Shown here: positions 10,301 to 21,700 of the stretch, one piece after another
How the letters are laid out: each line of letters begins with the position of its first letter
Position numbering within the stretch: position 1 is the first letter of the stretch
NCBI GenBank assembly: GCA_004431415.1
Contig: QPMI01000483.1
Coordinates: forward strand, 186,001 to 250,000
Reading direction: 5' to 3'
Source of the DNA: Cyanophora paradoxa CCMP329
Taxonomy: Eukaryota; Plantae; Glaucophyta
DNA length: 64,000 nt
The notes under the pieces: model-generated
Database searches by the model: none
What the model was told of the DNA's origin: nothing
What the model saw: the letters and a program-made list of their open reading frames with translations, nothing else
Translations under genes and position numbers: made by a program

Positions 10301-12579
10301 CCGCCGTCGCCACCCGCCCGTGCACCGCCGCGTCCTCCAGCGCCACCCCCACCAGCAGCCGCAGCGGCCGCCCGCGCGCCTGGCCCGGCCCCGCCCCCAC
10401 GCTCGTCGCCAGGTAGCGCCCCGAGTAGGAGCGGCCGCCGCCGTCGTCGAAGCGCACGGCCGAGGCCGCCGCCTCGGACGCCGCCTCGGAGGCTGTGGCG
10501 CCGCCCGAGGAGGTGGGGTCCCACGCGGGGCCGCCCCAGGCGCCCGGCGGGAGGGCCGCCACAAAGGCCCGCAGCAGGGGGTCCCCCAGCTGCCCCGCGG
10601 AGACCATCTGCTCCCGCCCGCTGCCGAACTGCGCCTGCAGGAAGGCCTCCGGGCGGTGGTATGCCACCACGAACGTCTGCGCAGGGGCGGCGCGGGGCCG
10701 CGTTGGAGGGGTGCGCGGCGGGGCGAGCGCGAACCGCAGACCTCGTTGCGCTCGTCGCGGGCGAGGACGGCGGCGAAGCCCGAGGTGCCTTCGTGGCCCC
10801 CCACCCCGAGGTAGGCAAGGTAGGACGACAGCTGCAGGGCCGCCGGCCCGCGCGCGTCAGCACGGCACGAAAGAGAGCGGCGCGGGCCCAGCACCGGCCC
10901 CGGCGCACCAGGCGGAGGTCGAGGGTCGCGGCGACGACGCCCATAAGAGGCGCGCCCCCCGAGCCGTCAAGCGGGTCTCCCCCTCCAAAGAGCGGCTGCG
11001 GGGGCGTCGGAGGGGGCTACCGGGGCGAGGCTGGCGCTCGGCTTCGGGGGCGGACCAGCGAGAACGAGATTCCTGCGCTGCCCGCGGTGAGTGGGTACAC
11101 ATCCGTCCAGGATCCGGCCCGCGCCGAGACGCCGGCCCGCCAGAAGGGCCTCTGCGGCGCGGGCGCGGGGTCGCGCGGGGCGGGCGCTGGCAGGACGGGG
11201 CCGGGGGGCGGCGCGCCTCGCGGGGGTCGTAGGTGTCGGAGTATACGCGGGAGAGTTCGATGGGGCGCCGGTCCGCCGCGTAGTAGTAGCTCCACCTGCC
11301 GGGCACGCCGGCGCGCCGGGTGAGCCGCCGCGACGGGCGGGCGGGCGGGCGGGCGGGCGTGGCGCGGCACCGGTCGAGGGCGCCGGTGGTGGCATTGACG
11401 GCCGTCTCGGAGATCGTGTACGGCTCCAGCGGCGCCGGCTGCGCGTGCGGCCCCGTCGGCTCGGGCGGCCCGTGCGGGTGGCGAGGGGCCGGCCGCACGC
11501 CGGAGGGGCGGAAGATCGAGCCGGAGCTCTCGCGGCGGAGGATGAAGCCGGCGCCGCTGCCGGCAGTGAGCGAGGCGGGGGCGGGGCGCCGGGGCGCGGC
11601 GCGCGCACTCGGGGAGGATGAAGGCGATGGAGCGGAACCGGAAGGCGGATGCCATGGCCCGCGCCGCCCCAATCGCTGCGCGCGCGCCCCGGCCCCGTCG
11701 GCGGCCCCGGAGGGAGAGTGGGGGCCAGAGCCCGCTCGCACCGCGCGGCAGGTCGGCCGCGGAGACTGCGTGGGGCGCTACGGGGCCGCTGCCGGGGGGC
11801 GACGGGTGAGCGGGGGGCCCAGCGCGGGCGGGGAGGGCGTGGCGCTGCTCCGTGGCGAGGCCGCGGGCCATCTGCGCGGAGGCGAGGCTCCCCGAGTTGA
11901 AGAGCAGGAGCACGTTCTCCTGCACCCGCCGCCCCTGCGCCCCGCTCGTTCCCGGTACGGTACGCGGCACGCACGGACGCGGCGCCAGCAGCGGCGGCGG
12001 CGGCGGGGGGCCCGGGGAGCGCACGACGTGGAAGAGGATCTGGTCGCGCAGCTCGGTGGAATTCTTGTTCGCCGCGTCGCTGCTGAGCAGACCGATCGAC
12101 GTGCACGCCGCCGCCAGGATCAGGAAGATGAACGGAAGCACGACGCTCCGCAGCCCGATGCGGCAGAGGCGCTGCCGCGGCGCCGGCGGCGGCTCGAAGA
12201 TCGCCGCAGGGCGGGCGCACGTCCCCGCGAGGCTCGCCCTGCGGGGGCGCGACCGCTCCGCCCGCTCCGCCTTGAGCGAGTTACCGCGAACCGTGGTTAG
12301 CGAAGGCGGCTCTAGGGCGTCCCGGCCGAGCGACGGCGCTCGTCGGGAAGACGATCGCGGTTGCCCTAGGCTGTCCTCGTCCAAGTGCAATGCAAGATTC
12401 AATACAGGCGGGCCGTGCGGATGCATCTTCGGGAGGTCCGCGAAGTCCGCTGGAGCCGCAGGCCGCGGCGCCACCGTTTCCGGCAGCTCATCCGCTGGCG
12501 CATGCAAAGGACAGAAAGCCGGCGATGCGAGGTATCTTTCGCTGCGACCGCTGCTGCGGCCGCGTGCGGAGTCGGTCAT
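7323..12579 (-). CDS. Membrane hybrid histidine-kinase-like sensor: TM-dCache-TM-PAS-PAS-(degenerate HisKA)-HATPase-receiver
   Basis: TM VVLPFIFLILAAACTSIGLL; Cache motifs YDPR.RPFW and WTDVY; TM AGIAAGAMLCVVALMG; PAS MLDAIIVCDERGRVSMLNSRALELFG...FPAEFSV...VCVRDISER; N-box LDALLENAVRFT; G1 VADTGAG; G2 SGLSLALARRLL; receiver YDALLVDESLP...LLKPL; a few apparent 1-nt frameshifts in G/C runs. Confidence 0.75.
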
Positions 12580-13203
12580 CGATATCAGTGACAGTGTCGT
12601 CGCGGCTCCTAGTGGCTCCTGCGAATGTACGTAGAGAGCGCTCGCGCGCGGTATAACGCGGCGCTAAGATCTGGACTCTGGAGGCGCGCGGCTGCAAGAT
12701 CGAGCGAAGGAGCACATTTGTATGCATGCGCAATGCGCTGGATAGACGTCGACCTTATCTTCATCGAATTCGAAACAGACTCTGAACAGAGGCGGGCAAC
12801 TTCGAATTCCCTTCAGTGATCGAATGGCGGCTGTGTACCCAGCCTTGACTTTTACCCCGGGGCAGGAGAAGTCGGCGCTGCCGTGGGGTTTTTTTACGCT
12901 TGCGTAAAATTTACGTATACGTATACGTAACTTCCGTCATTGGCGAGATGAGCGCTTCGAGCGCGATCAGGAACGCATGCACACGCACGCGTACGCATGC
13001 GCACAGCGCGCAATCAGCGACGCTCAAAACCGCAGCGGGAGAACGCCAGCTCACATTCGCTACATCTTCGCAGATCGAAGAAGCACAGCTCAGCACGTGC
13101 ACCATTCGACCCCGCCGAGATCTAGACAGCTTCTCTTCTCGGCCGCCTTAGCTGCCTCTTCTCAGCTTTGTGTCGCGTGCACCCTCAGCGTTCAAAAACA
13201 ACC

Positions 13204-14120
13204 ATGACCGGCGCGAAGGTCCTCGTTGTCTTCTACTCCACTTACGGCCACCTGTGGAAGATGGCCGAGGTGCGCTGCTGCAGATCGAGGCGCGCGCGCG
13301 TCTGTGCGCGCGCGTAGCTAATCTGGCTATCGCGCAGGCCGTCGCGGACGGAGCGCGGAAGGCCGGCGCCACCGTGACCCTGAAGCGAGTGCCGGAGACC
13401 CTGCCTAAGGAGGTCCTGGACAAGATGGGCGCGACCGCCGCACAGCAGGCGTTCGCTCACATCCCCGTCGCCGATCCGAAGGAGCTCGACCAGTACGACG
13501 TGCGCATGCGCTTGTCGGCCAATCCCGGCCGCGTCGCTTTGCCCGACACGTGCAACCGCGCAGGCGATCATCGTCGGCACTCCGACCCGCTTCGGTGCGT
13601 TCGCTCTCACCAGAGACCAGCCCGGCTCCATTTCTGAATCTCTTCGCCTCGCAGGGAGCATGTGCGGGCAGATGCGCGCATTCTGGGATGCCACCGGCGG
13701 GCTGGTGTGCAATTCTTTCTGCCCGGTGCCCTCGCGTCTCACCCCCGTCTCGCAGTGGGCCTCGGGCGCTCTGGTCGGCAAGGTCGGCGGCGTGTTCGTT
13801 GGCACTGCGACCCAGCACGGCGGCCAGGTGCGGCTGCCCGCCGCCCCCTGCTGCCCCCGACCCGGCAAACGCCCCGGGCGCAGGAGTCGACGATTCTGTC
13901 GACGCACACGACGCTGCTGCACCACGGCATGGTCATCGTCGGCCTGCCGTACGCCTTCACCGGCCAGATGGGCGTCGAGGAGGTCAAGGGCTGCTCCCCC
14001 TACGGCGCCTCCACCATCGCCGGCGGGCAGGGCGAGCGCCAGCCGTCGGCGGTCGAGCTCGACGGCGCCCGCTTCCAGGGCAAGCACACCGCTGAGATCG
14101 CGGCCAAGCTGCGCAAGTAG
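13204..14120 (+). CDS. wrbA: NAD(P)H:quinone oxidoreductase, WrbA/flavodoxin-like (copy 1), 6 exons
   Basis: [22 protein letters not shown]...[38 protein letters not shown]...TQHGGQE...LLHHGM...[10 protein letters not shown]. Confidence 0.95.
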
Positions 14121-15078
14121 AGCGGAACACGGCCTTGCGAGCCTTAGCTTTATGTTCTTGAGTTATTAAGAAAACCCAACCCGGGCCCTTCCTGGCCCTG
14201 CTTTACCCCCTGTGATGTTCCGGATGTACTGCTTCGCACAGTGTCCGTTCGTATTATTGTAGTTAATAACATAAAACAACCACCAGTAAGCTTGGGGACG
14301 TGACCCGGCCCGCATGCACTTTACTTGCGCAGCTTGGCGGCGATCTCAGCGGTGTGCTTGCCCTGGAAGCGGGCGCCGTCGAGCTCGACCGCCGACGGCT
14401 GGCGCTCGCCCTGCGCGCCAGCGATGGTGGAGGCGCCGTAGGGGGAGCAGCCCTTGACCTCCTCGACGCCCATCTGGCCGGTGAAGGCGTACGGCAGGCC
14501 GACGATGACCATGCCGTGGTGCAGCAGCGTCGTGTGCGTCGACAGAATCGTCGACTCCTGCGCCCGGGGCGTTTGCCGGGTCGGGGGCAGCAGGGGGCGG
14601 CGGGAAGCCGCACCTGTCCGCCGTGCTGGGTCGCCGAGCAAGTGAAAGCGCCGCCGACCTTGCCGACCAGAGCGCCCGAGGCCCACTGCGAGACGGGGTG
14701 AGACGCGAGGGCACCGGGCAGAAAGAATTGCACACCAGCCCGCCGGTGGCATCCCAGAATGCGCGCATCTGCCCGCACATGCTCCCTGCGAGGCGAAGAG
14801 ATTCAGAAATGGAGCCGGGCTGGTCTCTGGTGAGAGCGAACGCACCGAAGCGGGTCGGAGTGCCGACGATGATCGCCTGCGCGGTTGCACGTGTCGGGCA
14901 AAGCGACGCGGCCGGGATTGGCCGACAAGCGCATGCGCACGTCGTACTGGTCGAGCTCCTTCGGATCGGCGACGGGGACGTGAGCGAACGCCTGCTGTGC
15001 GGCGGTCGCGCCCATCTTGTCCAGGACCTCCTTAGGCAGGGTCTCCGGCACTCGCTTCAGGGTCACGGTGGCGCCGGC
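13362..15078. repeat. Large near-perfect inverted repeat (about 760-bp arms, about 200-bp spacer) formed by the two wrbA genes
   Basis: 13362-14119 is the reverse complement of about 14322-15078, including introns. Confidence 0.9.
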
Positions 15079-15405
15079 GTTGCGGGCACCCTCCGCGACG
15101 GCCTGTAGGGCTCATTGAATGATCCAGCCGCGTGGAGTGGCTGAAGCTTAGCATTCGCGCATGTTCCTAGGGAAGCGGACAAGCGAACCTCGGCCATCTT
15201 CCAGATGTGGCCGTAGGTCGAGTAGAAGACGATGAGAACCTGCGCAAATCCAAGGGTGAGCGTCCGCCACAGCAGCCAGCGCCGGCCGCGAAACATCGTG
15301 CGCAGGTGCAAGGTGCAACACCGAGCGATCAAGGGAATGCTAGCTGCTAGACACACGCGCGGGGACGCTGCGGGAATGTAGGTATAAAACGCGAACCTTC
15401 GCCAT
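14321..15405 (-). CDS. wrbA: NAD(P)H:quinone oxidoreductase, WrbA/flavodoxin-like (copy 2), tail-to-tail with copy 1
   Basis: MAK|[17 protein letters not shown]|[22 protein letters not shown]...; same downstream exons; stop at 14321-14323. Confidence 0.95.
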
Positions 15406-15795
15406 CGCGTGTGTCTCGGTGAAGAAGAGGGTCACTGCACAAGCTAAACTGGGGCTCGGCCTTCAGAGACTACCGAACGCCTGTTTACAGACTGCTTGGC
15501 CTTGCAAGATTGCTCCGTGCGCCGGAATGTGGGGCGGCGAGGACCTCGTGACAGGCTCGTGTGTCGGGATGGGTACAAGTCAATTTCAGGGTTTTGAAAG
15601 TCCTCCGGGATCCCAGGTTTAATGCTCCCCTGGACGTGCGGCCTTTGAGGCGAGGCCCTCCTACTCGCGCGGGCTGGACGCAGCTAGCCGGGTCGAGTCC
15701 TGTAGCAGCCGGATCGCAGCCGCTGAGCTCGAGGAGCCGCACCGCAGCCTCGGAGCAGCTTACGCGCTTAACCTGAGCCTCGTATTACAGCAAAT

Positions 15796-18700
15796 ATGAT
15801 TCGCCGGACGACCAAGGTCAACCTGGTGCCTCAAGCTGCGTTCTCAACGGAGCGCGAGCGCCAGGAGCGTCGGAAACGGCAGCTGGAGGAGAGGAAGGAC
15901 CTTGTGAAGTTCATACACTTCAATGTGCTCATGCCGTGCATCGACTACGCCGTCGTGCGTGGTGAGAAGGTCTTGGAGGCCCGCCGCAGGCAGCAGGAGT
16001 ATCTTTTTGCGCCGCACGCTGCGCGGAGCGATCCTCGTTTGAATTTGCGCTAGCCTACAACCTTGATTAACGAGCAGATTCGAGCGGCGGCCCGTCCCGA
16101 AGCACATCTTCACGGCGACGCTCATCCACCGGATAGGGGTCGCGGAGCTCATCGGGGACGCCCTTGCTTCCTTCCCGATCATAGCCCGCGGCGTGTTCGC
16201 CGACGACCGCTCCCCGCTGCTTTTCGAGGTCACGAACGCGCGGCTGCTCGGGCCAGTGGGGGACGCTCGCCGCGCCAACGTGCACTCCGTGGCCGCGAAC
16301 CGGAGGGACCTGCGCCTGTGCGGGACCCGACGCTCCGCCCTCTCCTCTCCCCTCAGACAGAGCGCAGGTATGTGCTGTACGCGGACGGCTGGCTGGAGTC
16401 GTACGACGTGGCGCTCCAGCGACGGATCTGGGGCGTCCAGGCGCTCGCTCTGAAGGACCAGCAGCTCCCGCGGCACCGGTGCGCACGGCACTGCGCGCAG
16501 AGCTCCCCGGGCCGAGGCGGGCGCAGGGTGCTGGAGGCGGACGAGGCGACGGGCCTCATCGTCGTGAACACCTGCTTCATGGACGAGCACGTGCGCCCGG
16601 CCGGGGCCCGTCGGCGCCGGCGCCGATCTCACATAACCTCGGTGCGGCAGATCCGCTTCTACGAGCCGGTGGCGGGCCGCATGGCGTACCGCGTCGAACC
16701 GAAGCTCACACTTCCGCCGCCGCCCGCGGCGACGGCCACACCGCCAAGCACCGGCCGCGTTCGCCCAGCGGAAGCCAAGGCCAACCGCTACGCCTCCGCG
16801 ATCCAGGTCCGTGCCTCAAGCCTAGGAAACGTTATCCGAGCGGGCGCCGACGGGGGCGCAGCGGATGTTCCGTAAGCACCTGGCGCGGCGGGAGCTGGCG
16901 CAGGCAGACCCCTCGCTCCCCATCTCCATCACCAAGAAGCTCGTCATCCGCTCCGTCATGTGCGCCGGAGCCGCCCTGCCGTACCGCTCCCCGCTCCGGC
17001 CTCGTCTGACGGGGCGGGGCGCAGCTACGTGCGGCGGCTGGACATCCTGATCTGCACGGCGGCGGGGACCTCGCTGATCCTCTGCTTCAACCCCGTGTCG
17101 GGCTCCCTCGTGCTCGCGTGCGAGGGCCACACGGGCGGGACGCCGGTCATCCGCTGGGAGGAGCGCATGCGGTGCCTGCTGAGCGGGGGCGGGGGCGCGG
17201 CGGGGGCGGACGAGGGCCCGGACCGCGGCCTGGCGGACGCGACGGTGCGGGTGTGGGACATCGAGGGGGAGCTGCGGAAGCCGCTGGCGGCGGGGCAGCG
17301 GCGGACGACGCCGCGGTGCAAGGCGGCGCGCGTGCTCCAGGGCCACACGCGCGCCGTCACCGACGTCGCCTACCTCCCCCGGAGCGCCCTCCTCGTCTCC
17401 GCCTCCCTCGACCGCTCCATCCGCTTCTGGGACCCCATGGCCCGGCCCCACGCCCTCACCATTCCCGACGCCCCCCCGTGCGCCCCGCCGGCCCTCCAGC
17501 CATCTCCGCAGCTCTGATCCCCGCCCCAGGCACGTGCGCGTCTGGCCGGGCTACTACGAGCCCCTCAAGATGGAGTGGACGAGCAGCAACCAGGCGCGCC
17601 CGCCCCGCCGCGCCCGCCCCGCGCCGCGCCCGCCGATCGCCTCCGCAGCCCTTCAGCGAGTGCCTGAAGCTCGCCACGGCGCACGTCGCCCACGTGCGCA
17701 CCGCCGGGCCCTCCCTTTCCTTCTCGCAGCGCCGCTGAGGCGCGCGCAGCGGCTGGAGGCGGTGGCGTGCCCGCTGACGGCGGGCGAGGGGGACCCGTCG
17801 GCCCTCTTCGAGGTGCTGCTCGCGTCGACGCGGGACCCCGTGCTGGGCGCCAAGAAGAGCGCCGTGTGCGCCTGGATCGTGTCGCGCAACGAGGTGACCG
17901 TGGAGGCGCACCGCTTCGACGACCCGGCGCCGCAGGAGGTGCTGGACGAGTGCGAGGAGTTCGCGCTGCGCGACTGGCGCAAGGCGCTCGTGCGCTACTC
18001 GGGCGTCGCGACGCGGGCCCTGCAGGACGCCGGGGAGGCGGACCTCCGCCGCGAGGCCCGGCGCCAGCTCCTCGACGCGGCCTTCCGCAGCGCCTGGCTC
18101 GACCGCGCCGGCCCGCACGCCCCGCTCCGGCCCGACGCCCTCGAGCGCATCTTCTCGCTCGCGCAGGAGGACGCGGCGGGGGCCTACCGGCGCGCCCCCG
18201 AGCCGCACCTCTCGGCGGACGAGGCGTACCGCCTGCTCGTGGACCACGGCCGCTTCGCGGGCCGCAACCTCGTCTCCCCCAGCGCCTTCTGCCGCTTCCT
18301 CCACGCCCTCCTCGCCGCCGAGAGCCGCGCCGCCGCCGCCGCCGCCGCCGAGATCGCCGCCCGCCAGGGCCGCCTCCCCGCCAACGCCCCCGCCCGCTAC
18401 AAGACCTCCCTCATCCCCGCCACCGGTGCGGCGCAGCCGCTCTGCAACCCTCGCGCGGCGCCCCTCGCGAACCGAACCGCCGGGGCGCGCGCAGCGGAGG
18501 CCTCGGGGGCGCAGAAGACGTCGCTGGAGGCGGCGGTGGCCTCCCTCGGGATGTCCCTCGACGTCGCGCGCTGGGCGGCGGTGGCGAACGCGGCGGACCC
18601 CGTGCAGGAGCTCCGCCACGCCCTCCGCTCCCTCCGCCAGCACGCTGCCCTGGCCGCCGAGGCGGCGCGGCGGGACCGCGGGGCGCGCCTCCTTGCCGGC

Positions 18701-21700
18701 GTCGGGCAGATGTCGCTCTGGGGCCGCACCCTCACGGCCCTCGGGCAGCAGCTCGGCCTCCTCGCCGCCGAGCTGCAGAACCGCCTGCACGCCATCGCCG
18801 ACGCCAACCTCCGCTCCTTCATGGCCCCCGCTGCGCGCCTCGCCGAGGGGCCCCTCGGGCCGCCCCCCGAGGCCCTGCGCCGCGAGATGGTCACCAACTT
18901 CGTCTACGACAAGCGCCGGCTCGTGGCGCCGCAGCGCAGCGAGCCCGGCCGCGTCATCTGCGAGGGCGTCGACGAGGACGCCGACGAGGCACCCGCCCTG
19001 CGCGCCCCCGCGCCCCGCCGGTGCGCGCTCACGCGGCGGCCGCAGATCGTGGCGGTGACGATCCTGCCGGACCCGTACCTGGGGGCCCTCCAGCGCGACG
19101 GCCGCCGCCGCGTCTACTACGTCGATTTCGAGATGGAGGCGCGCCCCTCCCTCCTTTCCTTCCGGCCTGCCCCTCGCGGCTGAGCGGGCGCAGGCGTGGC
19201 GGCGCCTCGCGGGGGACCCCCGCTTCCTGCGCGTCTTCGGGTGGCGGGACGAGCGGGTGGACCCGCGCGAGCGCTGGCTCGCCCCCGCGCAGACGCCGGT
19301 GTGGCAGCGGCTCGTTGTCTCGGAGCGGCTGGAGGGGTGGCCCTCGCTGCGCTCGCTGCTGGGCCTGCACGGCTACCTGGGCGCCGAGGAGCTCCAGGGC
19401 GTCCTCCGCCTCTGGGCCCGCGAGGCGGCGCAGGCCCTCGCCTCCCTCCGCGCCTGCCGCGTCGCCGCCCGCAACTTCGCCCCGGAGGCCCTCGCCGTCT
19501 CCCCCGACGGCACCCGGCTCAAGGCCCGCCCCGCCCCGCCTGCGTGACTTCGCGGCGCCCGTCTCACGCCTCTCCGTCAGGTGGTCTCCCTCGCCGAGAT
19601 GGGCCTGCTTGACGACCGCGGCTGTGCGCCGTGCCCCCCGCTGCCCCCGCCTGGCCCCCCTCACGCCCCGCAGTCATCTTCGCGGCGGCGGACCGGGACG
19701 CCTCCTACCTGGACCCCGCCAACCCCTACCTGCCCCCGGAGCACTTCGTCAGCGTGCGTGCTCCCGCCCCGCCCTTCCTCTGCAGCCCCGGCGGCCGCCG
19801 ACGGGCGCCGCAGCGGCAGGGGGCGCAGACGGTGGCGTACGACGTCTGGTGCTTCGGCTGCCTCCTCTTCGAGATGGTCTTCGGGCGCCCGCCCCCGGCC
19901 TTCGGGCCCCTCCTCGCCAAGTCGGCCCCGCCCTCCTTCTCTGTCCTCCGCGCCCCGCTCACCCGCTGCAGGTTCAACGCCGCCAACGGGCTGCCGCCGC
20001 CCAGCCCGTACCACCCCGACATCCACCCCGCCTTCGCGTACGACCCGTTCGCCGACCTGCCGCGCGCCCGCCCCGGCACGGGCGTCCGCGTCGGGCCGGC
20101 GGGGGAGGCGCTCCTGCAGCCGCCGCCGCCCGGGGCGCGGGCGAGCGTGCGGGACATGGCGCCCTGGCTGGCGGTGGAGGCGCCGAGCCGGGCGCCGCCG
20201 GCGGAGTGGGGCATGGACGAGCGGGAGCGGAACCAGCCGCACGGCCCCGCCTTCTTCTCCCTCCTCGACCTCATCCGCGCCTGCCTCGCCGTCGACCCCA
20301 AGCGCCGCCCGCCCCCCGACCGCATCCTCGGCTGCCCCTACCTCCGCCTCGACACGACCGAGGCCCTCGCCGCCCGCACCGCCGCGGCACGCTACATGGC
20401 TTCCCGCAACCCCGCCCAGGCCGCCCTCGAGGCGCGCCGCCCCGCGCGACGCCGCCGCCCCGGCCCGCGGCGCCGCGCGCTGACGGCCGGGCAGGTGCTG
20501 GGGCGGGTGCTGGACGACCTCGACGCCGAGGCGGCCGCCTCGCCCGACGGCCGCGTCAACCCGACACCTTCGCCCGCGCCGGTGCCCCGCGGCTTCTGTC
20601 CCGGGCCCTCCAGCCCCGACTGAGGCGCCGGCGCGGCAGTGGGGGCGATGGCCGACCTGCTGACGGGCGCGGCGCCGGCCTCGGCGGACGGCTTCGGCCC
20701 CGGCGAGCGGGAGCAGTCCCGCGTCCTCCGCGCCGTCTTCGAGGGGTACCGCTCCCTCCCCGCTCGCGCGGCGCCGGCGCCGGCTGAGGGGCGGGCGGCA
20801 GGCGCATGCTGGACCGGCTGGTGGTCACGTTCCTGCGGCAGTGCGGCCCGGCCGCCTCCGCCGCCCCGCTCGCCCTCCTCGCCGGCAGCGCCCGCAAGCG
20901 CCGCCCCCCGCCGTCTCCACCGACTGGGGCTGGGGCCTCCGCCCCCGCGGCTACCCGGACCCCCACGACCTGGTGCACCCGCGGCCGCGGCGGCGGGCGG
21001 GGCGGGTGGCGCCCCCCGTGGACGAGGCGCGGCGGGGCTGGCTGCCCCCCGAGATGGACGCGGCGGCGGCCTACATGCTCGACTGGCTCCTCACCCTCTA
21101 CGACGACTTGTGCGACGGGCGCGCCGCCCCTCGCCGGCCCGCTCCGGCGCGCCCTGAGGCCGCGGGCGCAGGCTGCGGGAGATGTCGTCGCCGTGCGCGC
21201 CCTTCGTGGAGCCCGTCCTCCACAACCTCCTCCGCCTCTACTTCGGCCAGGTCCCCCGCCCCCCCCCCCGAGCCTCTCCCCCCGCCCGGGCCGACCCGCC
21301 CCGCAGGAGCACCTCTTCGAGGCGGCGACGAGCGACGCCAAGGCCGGCGACCCGCTCGCCGCCTACGCCCCGGGGCTCGCCCCGCCCCCGCGCCCCGCCC
21401 CGGGGGCCGCCCCGCCTCCCGCCAAGCCCTCCCTCGTCTTCGCGGCTGAGCCGGTGGACCGGTGGAGCATCGGGCTGCACCACGCGGTGGCCCCCATCGT
21501 GGAGGAGCTCATCACGGCAGCCGGCGGCGGCGGCCCGCCCTACGCCGCCGTCCGCGACTTCCTCCGCCCCGCCGCCGCCGGCTCGCCCTCGGCCCGCGTC
21601 TACGTCCCGACCGCGCCGCCGGGGATCGCGGTGCGGGTGCCGCGGGCGGGGAGCTTCTGGCGGGAGGTGGCGGAGGCGGGGGAGAGCATGGCGCGGGCCT

